Shown piece after piece: positions 1-12,737 of a stretch of DNA of 64,000 nt (its first letter is position 1; every line of letters starts with the position of its first letter). The notes beneath the pieces are model-generated. The model had not been told where the DNA came from and made no database searches. It saw only the letters and a list, made by a program, of their open reading frames with translations. Both the position numbers and the translations under genes were made by a program. The stretch comes from Mustelus asterias (lineage: Eukaryota), in the NCBI RefSeq assembly GCF_964213995.1, contig NC_135811.1, forward strand, positions 77,190,001 through 77,254,000. The letters run 5' to 3'.

Positions 1-125
1 TTCTTTCACCCCACCCACCTCCTCTTGCTGAGTTCAGTTTCTATTTTCAGTTTCTCTGTTGCTGCGGATTCTGAGATTTTTTGTGATATTGCCGTGTCCT
101 TGCATCAGGTCTACACGTCTTTGTT

Positions 126-229
126 TTAAAAAGACATGTAGTCGCTCATTCCATTTGTGTAGGATGGCCGAGTTACACTCAATAAGGGGGTCACAATGAG
201 TTTTGTGTTGAAGATATCCAAAGACTCAG
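126..229 (-). other. Candidate terminal coding exon (speculative)
   Basis: Pyrimidine-rich acceptor ttttattcctgtgcctag| at 230. The phase-1 frame reads ESLDIFNTKLIVTPLLSVTRPSYTNGMSDYMSF* and is phase-compatible with the candidate exon at 10132-10204. No homology recognised. Confidence 0.15.
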
Positions 230-539
230 CTAGGCACAGGAATAAAATGTGAACAAAATAAGTGAAATGCTAAAAGACATTCTGAGCAGCATCCTCTGGC
301 CCCGTTGGTTTTCAGCAACAAACTAGAATGGGGTCGATTTTTATAATCAAATGTAAATCGCTTTTCTTTTGGCTTAATACTAATTTACAATCAGTCTGGA
401 TGCCGTTGCTCGATTATATCTTATAACCTATTTTGCATAATTATTTGCAAGTTGCAAACTCAGAATGGTCAAGATTGATACTTTTGCTGGGATGGTGGTT
501 ACGTTGCTGGACTAGTAATTTTTTAAAATGTTATCGTGC

Positions 540-740
540 ATGCGATGTGGGTGTTGCTGGCTGGGCCAGTGTTCATTGCCCCATCACTGAGGACATTTAA
601 GAGTCAACCAGGTTGCTGTGACACTGGAGTTATATGTAGGCCAGGTAAGGATGGCAGATTTTCTTCCCTAAAGGACATTAGTGAACCCTGGGTCTCTAGA
701 TTACTAGTCCAGTGGAATCCCACTAAGCTACTGCCTCCCC
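540..740 (-). mobile_element. tRNA-headed SINE family C, partial copy
   Basis: Matches the core ccaggtaaggatggcagattt..ccctaaaggacattagtgaacc seen in the full copy at 38290-38643. Confidence 0.7.
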
Positions 741-876
741 TCCAGAGACCCAAGCTGAAATTCCGGTGTCATGGGGGTGGGTTTTGCGGTCCAGAATTGG
801 GATGGCAGAGAAAAAAGGTACTGCTGAATAGGACGGCTGGAAATCACACCTCCGTTTACGCACAGCGTCATTTAGT

Positions 877-1400
877 GTCATAGAGGTTTACAGCATGGAA
901 ACAGGTCCTTCAGCCCAACTTGTCCATGCCATCCTTTTTTAACCACTGAGCTAGTCCCAATTGCCCGCATTTGGCCCATATCCCTCTATACCCGTCTTAC
1001 CCATGTAACTGTCTAAATGCTTTTTAAAAGATAAAATTGATCTCGCATTTGCTACTGCCTCTGGCATCTCGTTCCAGACACTCACCACCATCTGTGTGAA
1101 AAAATTGCCCCTCTGGACCATTTTGTATCTCTCCCCTCTCACCTTAAACCCACGCTCTCTAGTTTTAGACACCCCTACCTTTGGGAAAAGATGTTGACTA
1201 TCTCGCTGATCTATGTCCCTCATTATTTTATAGACCTCTATAAGATCACCCCTGAGCCTCCTACTCTCCAGGGAAAAATGTCCCAGTCTATCCAGCCCCT
1301 CCTTATAACTCAAACCATCAAGTCCTGGTATCATCCTAATAAATCTTTTCTGTGCTCTTTCTAGTTTAATAATATCCTTTCATTAATAGGGTGACCAGTG
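877..1400 (-). mobile_element. CR1-clade LINE (HER1-like) 3' fragment
   Basis: ORF 951-1334 LSY.E.L.RLG.FSLE.RRLRGDLIEVYKIM...FFTQ.VV..WN is the CR1 ORF2 C-terminus, followed by 3' UTR and short tail repeats. Confidence 0.92.
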
Positions 1401-1633
1401 CAACATGGGAAAGAGCGCAGGCAGAAAGCAGACCCATGTCTGTTAATGACTCACTTAACATCAGTGTTACCTCATTGAGAACCTGCCCCAGGTAAAGTTT
1501 GGAGATTTTGATTGAGGTGGCCAGACTTCAGGAGCCCTTAAGAAGCACTGGATGGAGGAGGACACAGTGTGAAATGTTAACTGAAAATGGTCTTAAAAGT
1601 TTAAAGGACTTAGCCCTGTTATAGTTACAGGTC

Positions 1634-1793
1634 ATGATGTGGAGATGCCGGCGTTGGACTGGGGTAAACACAGTAAGAAGTTTAACAACACCAGGTTAAA
1701 GTCCAACAGGTTTATTTGGTAGCAAAATGTGTGGCTTTTGCTACCAAATAAACCTGTTGGACTTTAACCTGGTGTTGTTAAACTTCTTACTGT
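1634..1793. mobile_element. Penelope-like element terminus with inverted duplication (58-bp perfect hairpin)
   Basis: Arms 1670-1727 and 1736-1793 are exact reverse complements. 12-bp TSD tagttacaggtc at 1622-1633 and 1793-1804. Same sequence as 22657-22796. Confidence 0.8.
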
Positions 1794-2078
1794 AGTTACA
1801 GGTCCCATTTAATCATTTGAATGCTTCTTCTAATATTAAACAGGAGCAGAAAACTACTTGTCCCATTTACAAAAGGGGACTTGAGAAAGCTGCAAACTAA
1901 TTTAACATCTGTCTTCAATTGCAAAAACATCATGATACCAAACTTAAGGAAAAATTGGGTCCAGAATAGGCTGATGTCATGGTAAATACGATAGCCATAA
2001 AGCACCAGCAATGCTTCCAGCAAAATAGTGTTAATGTGTTTAGAATTCTCCACAGAACTGGATCTGCATGAAAAATCA

Positions 2079-2756
2079 GGCGGCACAGTGGCACAGTGGT
2101 TAGCACTGTTGCCTCACAGCGTCAGGGGCCCAGGTTCCATTCCAGCCTTGGGTAACTGTCTGTGTGGAGTCTGCACATTCTCCCCATATCTGCGTGGGTT
2201 TCCTCCGGGTGCTCCTGTTTCCTCCCACAGTCATAAGAATGTGCAGTTAGAGGCAGTGGCCATTTTAAATTGACCCTTAGTGTCCAAAGATGTGTAGGCG
2301 AGAGGGATTCGCAGGGTGGATACATGGGGTTATAGGGCCTGAGTAAGGTACTCTATTGGAGAGTCGGTGTAGACTCAATGGGCCAAATGGCCTCCTTCTG
2401 CACTGTAGGGATTTTATTGTGGGCAGCACGGTGGCACAGTGGTTAGTACTGCTGCCTCATAGCGCCAGGGACCCGGGTTAAATTCTGGCCTCGGGTCACT
2501 GTCTGTGTGGAGTTTGCACATTCTCCCCATGCCTACGTGTGTTTCCTCCGGGGGCTCTGGTTTCCTCCCACAGTCCAAAGGTGTGCAGGTTAGGTTGATT
2601 GGCCATGCAAAATTGACCCTGGTGTCAGGGGATTAGATTAGCAGGGTAAATATGTGGGGTTACAGTGATCGGGCCTGGGTGGGATTGTGGTCAGTGCAGA
2701 CTCGATGGGCTGAATGGCCTCCTTCTGCACTGTAGGGTTCTATCATTCTATGATTC
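2079..2756 (+). mobile_element. Two tandem HE1-type V-SINEs (type A, CR1 tail)
   Basis: tRNA-like head with A box tggcacagtggttagc and B-box-like ggttc, V-domain gtgggtttcctccgggtgctc, tail ctgcactgtagggattctatg. Copies start at 2079 and 2421. Confidence 0.9.
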
Positions 2757-3411
2757 AATTATAGGATTCTATTTTAAATTTACACCAATAATCATTGTAA
2801 TATTTTATTAAAAATATATGGACGTAGTGACAATGCTGCCCTAATGTTGTGTTGTTATAAAGGCTGGCTGTAACGGAAGCACAGGACAGCTGAGAATTCG
2901 ACTGATGTATAATTGTGGTTGAGTTCAGTTTCTGCTCAGGATGGAGGTCACACTGGCAGATTGGGGATGTGAGACCGTATTTGAAGGAAAGGAACTTGTC
3001 AAATGGTGAAGAAAGTGGGCCACTCGCTATCAAGACACATTTCGAATATCAAAATAATATTTAAATTGATAGTGAGTGGGTTGTGCAGTGATTTGAGACA
3101 GTCTGGAGGGTCCAATAACGTGATATTTAAACACAAGTTTCAATTCTGCCCAAAGTCTCTCCATGCAGAATTCCCCTGTTCTCACATAGGAGTAGAATGG
3201 AGGCCTGGCCTTTTTACCTGTTCTTCTGAATGGCTCTGCCAGGATAAGTGGCGGACCCATCTTGATGCCAACTAAGGCCCTGGGATCACAAAATTGCACC
3301 GCCTGGCAGCCCAGCGACTAAGGTGGGATCATAATCGTGGCGTTAGTCCTAACCCCCCTCCCTGCACTCCCCCCCACCCCCCCAACCACAATTCCCACCT
3401 CCAATGTGAAA

Positions 3412-3745
3412 ATACAGTGATTAGCACTGCTGCCTCGCAGCACCAGGGAACTGGGTTCAATTCCAGCCTTGGGTGACTGTGTGGAATTTGCACGTTCTCC
3501 CCATATCTGTGTGGGTTTCCTTCAGGTGCTCTGGTGTCCTTCCACAGTGCAAAGATGTGAAGGTTAGGTGGATTGGCCATCCTAAATTGCCCCTTCGTGT
3601 CCCAAGCTATATAGATTAGATGAATTAACCATGTTAAGTGTGTGGAGCTACAGGGATAGGGCAGCGGAGAGAGTTTTAGTAAGATACTCTGTCGCAGACT
3701 CGATGGGCCAAATGGTCTTCTTCTGCACTTTTGGGATTCTATGAC
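3412..3745 (+). mobile_element. HE1-type SINE (type A)
   Basis: Same head, V-domain and tail as 2079-2756. Confidence 0.85.
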
Positions 3746-4649
3746 CTTTTCAAGAGCACTTCAAGATGGACAATATATGCCCACTTTACCAGCAATGCCC
3801 ATGCCCCATGAATGAAGTTAAAAAAAGATCTGTTTGCGTAAGATATGTTTGATAGGATGGGATGATTAAAGTGGAGCAGAGTGTAATAAGCATACAGCAG
3901 TACTTCAGAAAGCTTTTTGAAAGCACTAAAGGACTTGGCAACTCATCAACAACCTTCATCAAGGCTGAATAAGTAGGGAATGAGGATGCATTATGTAGAG
4001 TGTGACAGGACAGGTCAACGTGGATGCAGGATCAAGAGTGCAGACAACAGACATGCAGCCCAGCACTCAAACTCCTCTTTGGTCGTTGCTGATAGCTACC
4101 AGAAAAGTTTGTCGTCAGTGTTATTCCACAGCAACATGCAATGAATAGGTCAACCCACAACGAGATGAAGAAACGTTTCAGTCCTGACTGACCATTACTG
4201 TCCCAGCTTCTGTGCCAGCTTGAAGTCACATGGTTCCAGGAGGTACTCATGCAGCGGATGGCACAGCTCCACATCTCATACAGTTTTTGGGTAAGATAAT
4301 CTGTCGGAGAGTCAGTGCAGACTTGATTAGATGACCAAATAAAGCCACCTGTTGGATCAGCACTCCCATTCACCACCTTAAACATTCACTCTCTGGGGTA
4401 TTGCAAACTCTACAGTGGAAGCATAAAAATTATAGCAATATTAATAAATTAAGTGAATGGGTCTGTAGATGTGCGGGTTAGGTTGGTTGGCCATGCTAAA
4501 TCGCCCCTTAGTACCAGGGAGACTAACAGAGTAAATAGATGGGATTACAGGGCCTGGGTGGGATTGTTGTCGGTGCAGGCTCGATGGGGCGAATGACCTC
4601 TTTCTGCACTGTAGGGATTCTATGATCGATGTTATACTGATGGTGAAGC

Positions 4650-4975
4650 CAAAGACAAATTTCCACTTAGAACGAAGGCTTCAAAGACACCCTGAAATCT
4701 TACCTCAAGACATGTAACATAGACGTCAACACCTGGGAGACCCTTGCTCAGGAGAGACCTACTTGGAGGAACCTCCTGATTGACGGGACTAAATACTTCG
4801 AGGACACCCAATGGTAAGAGGAGGCCTGGAAAAGGAGCCAGAGAAAGGAATCCCAAATGAACTAGAGTCCAAGGACCGAACCCACCTCTCGGAAACACCT
4901 GCCAAGTGTGTGGTCGAAGATACGGTTCTTGGATTGGGCTCATAAACTACACAAGGACCCTTAGAACTTATCACC
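4650..4975 (+). mobile_element. RTE-clade LINE 3' fragment
   Basis: Translates with frameshifts to KDTLKSYLKTCNIDVNTWETLAQERPTWRNLL...TCQVCGRRYGSWIGL, the typical RTE/BovB-like ORF end with a Cys motif. Confidence 0.75.
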
Positions 4976-5002
4976 AGTAACACGGAGTTTCTTGGAATCC
5001 AT

Positions 5003-5250
5003 AGACTAGAATCCTACAGTGCAGAAGGAGGCCATTCGGCCCATCGAGTCTGCACTGACTACAATCCCACCCAGGCCCTAACCAGCACATCTTTGGACTG
5101 TGGGAGGAAACTGGAGCACCCGGAGGAAACCAACGCAAACATGGGGAGAACGTGCAAACTCCACACAGACAGTGACCCAAGCCGGGAATTGAACCTAGGT
5201 ACCTGGCACTGTGAGGCAGCAGTGTGAACCACTGTACCACCGTGCCACCC
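5003..5250 (-). mobile_element. HE1-type SINE, internally deleted
   Basis: Reverse complement of the HE1 head, V-domain and tail. Confidence 0.85.
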
Positions 5251-6149
5251 CCATATTATAGGTGGACAATCATACTCATTAGCGAATGATCACCAAAGAA
5301 GAAGATTCTATTCTATTCTCTGCTATCTCACTTCTGCTGATCTCAGAGCCTGAGAAGGCAGGTTACCAGTGTATTCCCCATATAGGTTTGCGAGGACCTT
5401 CAGAAATAGTTGGGAGTGTCTTGGTAGGTGAAAGCAAATGGCAACATTGGCTCCTGATTAAGCCCTTGAGCCCACTACTCATGAACGAATGTGATTAGAG
5501 CCTTGATTTGATCTGCTGTCCATGGGTTGCTTAACAAGCATGTATTTTCCACTGCTTATTGTGTACGTAACGATCTATTATATCTTCACCAGGTTGGCAC
5601 CTCATTTTTAGGTACAGCTGGTACTGCTTGTGGCAGACTCTCCTATAGCTCTCACTGAACCATCCCCTGGCTTGATGGTAATGTCAGAATGAGGAATATG
5701 CTGAGTCACAAGGTTACACACTGTAATGAAACCCAATTCTGATGTTGGCCCACAGCACCTTATAGATGCCCAATGTGAGCTGCCAGATCTGTTCTAAATC
5801 TATCTCATTGGTTGTGCAACACAACATGATGGAGGTGGGTCTTTGTCTCCACAGAGACTGTGGGATACTTGTTGCCACCAATTCTTTCATGGGCAGAAGC
5901 ATCTGTGGCAGACTGGAGAGGTTGAGGTCAAGAAGATATTTCCATCGCGTTGATGCGTTGGAAATACCTACTTGACCTCATCCTCTCCAATCTGCCCTCC
6001 AGCTGTCAGATACATCCTTCAGAACTCGACCAGCTAGGCCAGTAACACTGCTGTCGAACCAGCCGTAGTGATGGACACTCAAGTTAACAATCTGAGTACA
6101 TTCTGAGGCCTTGCTATCCTTTGTTCTTCTTCCAAATTTAAAGTATAAG

Positions 6150-6610
6150 TTTAAAGTTTATTTATTAGTGTCACAAGTTGGCACTGAGGTTAGGTTGATT
6201 GGCCATGCTAAAAAAAAAAAATTGCCCTTAGTGTCCTGAGATGCATAGGTTAGAGGGATTAGTGGGGAAATCTGTAGGGATATGGGGGTAGGGCCTGGGT
6301 GGGATTGTGGTCGGTGCAGACTCGATGGGCCGAATGGCCTCTTTCTGTACTGTAGGGTTTCTAAGTAGGCTTACATTAACACTCCATTAAATCTCCTGTT
6401 CGGGTACGCTGAGGGAGAATTTAGCATGGCCAGTGCACCTAACCAATACATCTTTCAGACTATGGGAGGAAACTGGAGCACCCGGAGGAAACCCATACAG
6501 ACACGGGAGAACATGCAGACTCTGCACAGACTGTGACCCAAGCCGGGAATTGAACCCGTGTCCCTGGTGTTGTGAGGCAGCAGTGCTAACCACTGCGCCA
6601 TCATGCCACC
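6150..6610 (-). mobile_element. Type B SINE (minus) with a type A SINE 3' half (plus, about 6185-6365) inserted in its tail
   Basis: Tail tttattagtgtcacaagt is interrupted and resumes as aagtaggcttacattaac at about 6364. Confidence 0.8.
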
Positions 6611-6720
6611 CAATGGTGTTCAATGTGGAGTAGTATGGATTCATTGGCTGAAGGAGGACTGTAAATGGTAATCAGCAGGAGGTTTCCTTGCCTGTGTTTG
6701 ACCTGATGCCAACAGGCTTT

Positions 6721-8157
6721 GAGCCAGAGTTTTACCATAAAGTGGGCAGTATGAGTCGGGAAATTTACTGACTCACCGCACCCACCTCCAGAAAATGTGC
6801 CCCATCTGACCCAATTTTTGCGCTAAGTTCAGCGAATGTAGGATGAAGTCAGCCTGCCATCCTGGGACACAGATCAGGGATGACTACAGGGGCTGCCAAG
6901 TGCCAAGGTGGCCGTTTAAAAGTCCCAGCTCTGTTCTCTGGTACTTTGCTCCAGTTCATTCCTGGAATTTGAGCCCTCCAGCCCTCATCCTTCAGACCCC
7001 ATCATCTCTCCACCCACATTCATGTTGACAGGTCAACTTAATGCCAACTCATAAGACACAAAGCCCTCACCTATGCCAACATATAACGAACCACCCACCA
7101 ATCCCCTACACTCTCCATGCCAACTTAGCCATAATCCACCAGGGGCAGACTTCAGGAGCCATGCCAAGAAAAAATAAAACAAAGGCCTAAATGGGACGGC
7201 ACGGTAGCACAGTGGTTAGCACTGCTGCTTCACAGCTCCAGGGACCTGGGTTCGATTCCCGGCTTAGGTCACTGTCTGTGTGGAGTTTGTACATTCTCCT
7301 TGTGTCTGCGTGGGTTTCCTCCGGGTGCTCCGGTTTCCTCCCACATTCCAAAGATGTGCGGGTTAGGTTGATTGGCCATGCTTAAATTGCCCCTTAGTGT
7401 CCTGAGATGTGTAGGTTAGAGGGATTAGTGGGTAAAATATGTAGGGATATGGGGGTAGGGCCTAGGTGGGATTGTGGTCGGTGCAGACTCGGTGGGCCGA
7501 ATGGCCTCATTCTGTACTGTAGGGTTTCTATGATTCTATGATCTATATAGCCTTCACTATATTAAAAGGACACACACATTCAGCAAAGCCCATTCAAAAC
7601 TTTAAGCCCTCAGGTACTTAAATCTCTTATCAAAACAAACATACTTGTGTTCATAACCCCACTGCTAGACGGTTGCTAATCCTTTAATAGCCTCTTTGAG
7701 CTGTCAAATTTAGGAACCCCTGTTATAATAATTGTAGGTTGTGGAAAGCAATCGAGATTAATAATGATATAATGAAAGCCCTTGGGCTAATGTCACCAAA
7801 CAGCTATTATAACTGCTGGAACAGATTTTTTTCAACTCTCGCTGGAATAGGCAGGATGTTGTGTTAATTTTAAAGGGCTGGGGATTTAAATAACTTCTAC
7901 AGACCTTATTTTCCCTTTACGAGCATTTATATCTATTCTAAAAATCCCCTCCCACGCTGTAGGTTAAGTTCCTCAGTACAACGAAAACAGGGTTTGTATG
8001 AACTCAGCACTGAGTTCAAAAGGACTTGGTGGGTTTATGTTTCCCGCCTTTGTGAGTCACGGCACACCCCCTTTCACTTATCTGCAAAAAATGGGATCTG
8101 TCATAATTGGGGTGGGACTTCTGGATCCAAGTCCCATAACGCTCTGAAAATCTGGCC
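6721..8157. mobile_element. Long non-autonomous TIR element (Harbinger-like MITE) containing a SINE
   Basis: Degenerate inverted ends gagccagagtttt / gaaaatctggcc, inserted into the CR1 scaffold. Confidence 0.4.
7193..7542 (+). mobile_element. HE1-type SINE (type A), near full length
   Basis: Complete head, V-domain and ttctatga tail repeats. Confidence 0.92.
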
Positions 8158-8987
8158 TTTTGTGTGGTCTGAAGTCAGGGTTGAGCACTTCCAAGACCTT
8201 TCTCTCCTAACTATCACCATTGTGCCACCACATCTGGAGGGTCTGTTTTGCCGCTAGAACAGGACGTATCAAGGGATGGTGATGGATAATTCTTGGGCAT
8301 TGGCTGTAATGTGTGATTCAGAGATTATGGCTGGAATTTTACCACCTCGCCCGCCCAAATACCGGGGCGAGCAAAGCTCGCAAAACGGCATTCTCCGTTG
8401 GCCTCGGGTGGGATCTTATGAGCCTCGGGCGGCCGGGGGGGGGAGGAGGTGGCATAATTTTGGCATATGATCTGGATCATCTCTCCAAGTTTGGCACAAG
8501 TCTCCAGATATTCCTGAAAAGGGCTTTGCCAGGTCGGAATCTGATGCCTAAATCGATGTTGGACAGTCTGTCCAGTTTTATTCTTATTCTTATTATACCT
8601 TTTAGAAATGATTTGGTACGATTGAATGGGTTACTAGAAGGCAGTTAAAAATCAACCATAATGCTGTTGGTCTGAAGTCACATACGGGTTAACTGGATAA
8701 GGGTGGCTGATTTCATTCACTGATAGGACATTAGTGAACCAGTGCGATTTTTATGACAATTTAATAACTTCATAGTCACCTTTGTACTAAGTACCTTTTT
8801 CTGCGACTAGGTGCCTGCTATAAAATGGCAACGAGGGAAGCTTCATTCAAATATGTTAATATGTTTTTCCAGTTATGAGGTTTCATTCAAAAAGTGGCTA
8901 TATGCTTACAGTTCATATCTGAACAAATTAATCTCACTTTGCCAACCACAGATTATCACTACGTTCACAATTTGTTTGTAACCATTA

Positions 8988-9217
8988 TGTAATCTTACCA
9001 ACCTTGTGTCACCATTACACTTTATTTACAAAGTGCTCAAAGTGGTACTCAGCAGCTCCAGGGTACAGATCAACCCCGAGGCTTTCGAATGCTGGCCTGA
9101 GTGGAGGCAGCTGGATTTAATCCCCTCACTGCTCCTTCCCATTGGGCGAGCCTCGACCCACCTAATCAAGGAGCTCGTACTCGAGTAGGCCCACAGGGCC
9201 CCGCGACCATCATCACA
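8988..9217 (-). mobile_element. Probable solo LTR
   Basis: TG...CA ends, near-matching 5-bp flanks catta/tatta, AATAAA on the minus strand. Confidence 0.5.
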
Positions 9218-9221
9218 TATT

Positions 9222-9436
9222 ACAAAAGAGAAAACGCAGGAAAATCTCAGCAGGTCTGGCAGCATCTGTAAGGAGAGAAAAGAGCTGACCTTTCGAGTCC
9301 AAATGACCCTTTGTCAAAAACAGACTCAAAACGTCAGCTCTTTACTCTCCTTACAGATGCTGCCAGACCTGCTGAGATTTTCCAGTGTTTTCTCTTTTGG
9401 TTTCAGATTCCAGCATCCGCAGTATTTTGGTTTTAT
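9222..9436. mobile_element. Penelope-like terminus with inverted duplication and degenerate hammerhead
   Basis: Imperfect inverted repeat (aaaatctcagcaggtctggcagcatctgtaaggagag / ctctccttacagatgctgccagacctgctgagatttt). Same family as 40768-41252. Confidence 0.75.
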
Positions 9437-9858
9437 AACACATGACAAATCTGTTGTTCAGTGTAAAAGTGAAATTCTATAACTGAGCAAATCTGACAGT
9501 GGTGAATATCTAGAAATAGCTAACACACCACTAATTTAAGTGAAACCTGGCCAAGCACAACAGCAACTTTCCATTCATTTGAAACTGAAGAAAGAGTTGT
9601 TGGAGCTCTGACAAAAAGACATTGCATCAAACAGAAAATCATTGATAGGCTGTGCTCCGTCACCCCTTGCAACATAGATTAAAAAGCTCTGAAAGACTGA
9701 AGGTCTGCATTATGTTGAGACCCCCTCAAAAGGAAGCAAAGGCCACCTGAAGAGCCACCACAGTTAACCGTATGTGACTCTCTAGCTCTCTCTATGTCCA
9801 GGCAAGGCAAGCCAAAGCAAGCTAGAACAATGAGACACACAACAGGACAGCGATCGGT

Positions 9859-9922
9859 TGGGGGCGGTGGGGGGGGGGGGGGGGGGGGGGGGGGGGGTGG
9901 CAGCAACTGGTGGTGGGGGGGA
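9859..9922. repeat. Poly-G tract (G-quadruplex potential)
   Basis: Uninterrupted run of about 29 G plus flanking G-runs. Confidence 0.9.
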
Positions 9923-10131
9923 ATGATGTCCATGGTGGGGGAGTAACAGATCTCCCAGTATACTGTGTACACTGGCGCCCCGAACTGTCTGCAGTTGGCT
10001 TTCCGGCGAGCTGCCCGCCGCTGCTGGCGAGATTCACATTACAACCTCTGTATTGCACAGAGTGGTGTAAATTATTACCACTTACATAACTGGAAGAACC
10101 ATGGCGCGGGTTACACTGAACATGGACTCAC

Positions 10132-10204
10132 TGATGCATGTCAGTGCAATAAGCATCACGAGCAGAAATACTGACCACACCAGGTGCAAAATCGACTGCA
10201 GCAT
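10132..10204 (-). CDS. Candidate signal-peptide first coding exon of an unidentified secreted or membrane protein
   Basis: ATG at 10204 gives MLQSILHLVWSVFLLVMLIALTCI followed by A|gtgagt (consensus donor, phase 1). A second donor AT|gtaagt lies at 10086. Unique, non-repeat context. Confidence 0.4.
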
Positions 10205-12737
10205 TCATCTTCACTGTGCGGTTTTGTGAGCTACTGCTACATTTAAAATTATCTCTTGTTCAAAAAGCCGTGGATAATAATTCAAATTATTTAATTTATG
10301 TTGAATATTGAAGAACTTTTCATGCAAACTTTTATTGACAAGAGATTTCCCCTTCACTGGCTTGTGCTTGTGTTGTGTGAATCCTTGTTGAAAGAGGGTG
10401 GACCCTGAGCTTGCCACCTCTCTTGCCCCATTTTCTCAGGAAACTGTATAATTCTGAGCCTGGCTTAAGGTCCAGGTCACTGAATTCAAAAAAGTAACAT
10501 GAAATCTGGTATCAGTGATACAAACAACTTGCTTTGTTTCTGCCTCTGTAACTGTCAGTTTCAAAAGACCGTCATTTAAGCAACAAAGTGGGTTGGTTAC
10601 TTTGCCACATTGCTGAGTGAGTCCAATTCTACAGTGAGTATCTTTGTCGCAGATGGGAGCAAGTGTAAATCACAGGGCCCGGATGATGAAGGCTGCACTG
10701 AAGTAATTCTTGAAGATGCTTTTTCCCATTGTTCCCTTCCTTCTCAGCCACCTCTCTTAGCTTCTATATCAGTAATGGGTAACCCAGGCTGGTGACTGGG
10801 AGGCATGAGAGCCTGCCCTCCGCCCCCCCCTCCCCCCTCACCCCACCCCTACGCCCACACCCCACCCCTCCCCCCTCCCCCCCCTTCATCTCAGTGGGCC
10901 GCAATGGGGCTTCTTCACTAGCCGAGACGCCATGGACAAGATTAAAAACATTTACTTTACGCCGAATATTTCATAACGCGTTATAGAAAATGCTTAATTG
11001 CTCTATCTTAATAGAACTGTTATCGACACTTTGGATGATAAAAACAAAAGAAATATTTATGCTTTGGACGCAGAGGGAGTGCACAGTCAGTGTTGTGAGC
11101 AATCAGCATGCGCCTCACTTCACTTGCCCTTGCTTTATGTCTGTACCACTTCACACATATCGGTAGGAAAAGGAACCACACGGATGGAAATCGGCAGAAT
11201 GTAGCAACACTACGCATGAGCAAAGGTTGACAAAATGTCTCGTGGGCCACACTCAGAACCCAGATTGGCTGCAGGCTGCCCAACGCTGTTATATATCTTC
11301 TCAATGCAGCGCAATACTCCAGTATGACTTATCCCTCAACATATTTTCCCAGCAAACATCTCTATAGTTGAGCCTAGCTCAGCCCAGAAGCCTCATATAA
11401 TTTAGTGGAAGCTTGATTCACAACATTTAGATGTGACTGAAGAAATGTTCAGAGAACCTAGAATCCCTACAATGCAGAAGGAGGCCATTCAGCCATTCGG
11501 CTCTATCACCAACTTGCCCATTGGTGAGGTGGGCAACACCAATGTTTACCCTTAATTGCCCTTAAGAAGGTGGTGGCGAGCCACCCTCTTGAATCACAGC
11601 AGTCCATTTGGTGTCAGTAGATCCATTGCGCTGTTAGAGAGAAAGTTCCAGTATTTTGACCTAATAGTAAGGGCTGTAGTAAGGTTTGAAACCCAGTTTG
11701 GCTAGTAGGTGAATGCTTAATGTATTTTAGTAACATGCTTTCCTTAATTGGATCAAAAGGTGCGACCACATTGGTAGAATTCATACCGAGACACTGCCAA
11801 TAAGTCCTGTTCTGAATGCAGGTTTGACATTTACTAATGGGGCATATTTATATATGGGTGTGAGTGCCTGCCCCCAAGCCCATCTTATTATAGATCCTTC
11901 CCACTACTTGGTCTACCCACTCGATGGGCTTGTGTAAAGATGGTCATGCCATGGAAGGAATGTTCACATCAGACTATTAATCAGCCTGCAAATCCTTCCA
12001 TTGCAAAACATTCTTCTCCAAGGGAAGGAATGTGAAGTTGCACCATCGATCTCTGTTAAAAAAAAGTGCGCTCCTGTAAAGTAGACTCAGGAATAATCAG
12101 GGTCTTGTCTCCTAGGAGAAGTAACTATTTAGTCCATTACAGGTGCAATCATGTTGGGCGAATTCAGTTTCTCTGCAATATTCTGACAAGGGATCAGCAC
12201 CTCAGGTTGGAGTTGTTGCAGTGCACTGTTTTTCAGATTGTGGCATGAAACCGACCACGCTGCAACTCTCAGGACTCAAAACCATCAAGAATTATGCGGT
12301 CTGTGACAGAGGGTGGTGCAGTGAAATGTGGTTTGCTGAAGGTTGCAGGAGGCCTTGTGTTGCTAAATCTTTGTTATAATAGTACATGCCTGACCCACTT
12401 TTATTGTTCATCTGTGCAGCAGGTCTTCCTCTGCTTGTTCTGGGTAGACATGCACACTTATTCCCACGTGATTAGCAATCGTACGAAGCCATATTTCAGT
12501 ATGCAAATTGACGCGGACAATATTTGTACAAAATAAACTCTCAACAATCTTTCTACATGACAACAGTGACTACATTTCAGAAAGCAATTCACTGATCGCT
12601 TTGGGAAGTCATGCAAAACGCATACGGTGTTGTCCTTTATTCTCTTTCAGTCAGTTTCCATCGTAGAAGAGGAAATCTATTTTAAAATGTGCCATTGCAC
12701 CTGACAATTTTGGCTCTATTGACAGGAAAATGTAAAG

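Larger units (their letters stand above)
5400..8600 (-). mobile_element. Old degraded CR1-like LINE scaffold interrupted by SINEs and MITEs
   Basis: Fragments at about 5400-6140, 6610-6720 and 8160-8600 look like one decayed CR1 endonuclease/RT region, collinear across the insertions. Confidence 0.4.

Noticed and set aside
36-229. Possible in-frame TGA (selenocysteine) if donor 10086 is joined to acceptor 229
   Set aside because: No selenoprotein homology or SECIS recognised; it depends on two unverified splice sites.
2079-2160. tRNA-like A/B boxes
   Set aside because: These are SINE heads followed by the V-domain; no standalone tRNA gene is supported.
2940-3064. Plus-strand exon-like stretch (…WRSHWQIGDVRPYLKERN…NNI*)
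   Set aside because: Only a moderate acceptor, no recognisable homology and no partner exon.
9679-10058. Poly-proline ORFs
   Set aside because: Translation of the poly-G tract.
12501-12508. Octamer ATGCAAAT suggesting an immunoglobulin promoter
   Set aside because: No V segment or recombination signal seen nearby; an 8-mer is expected by chance in 64 kb.
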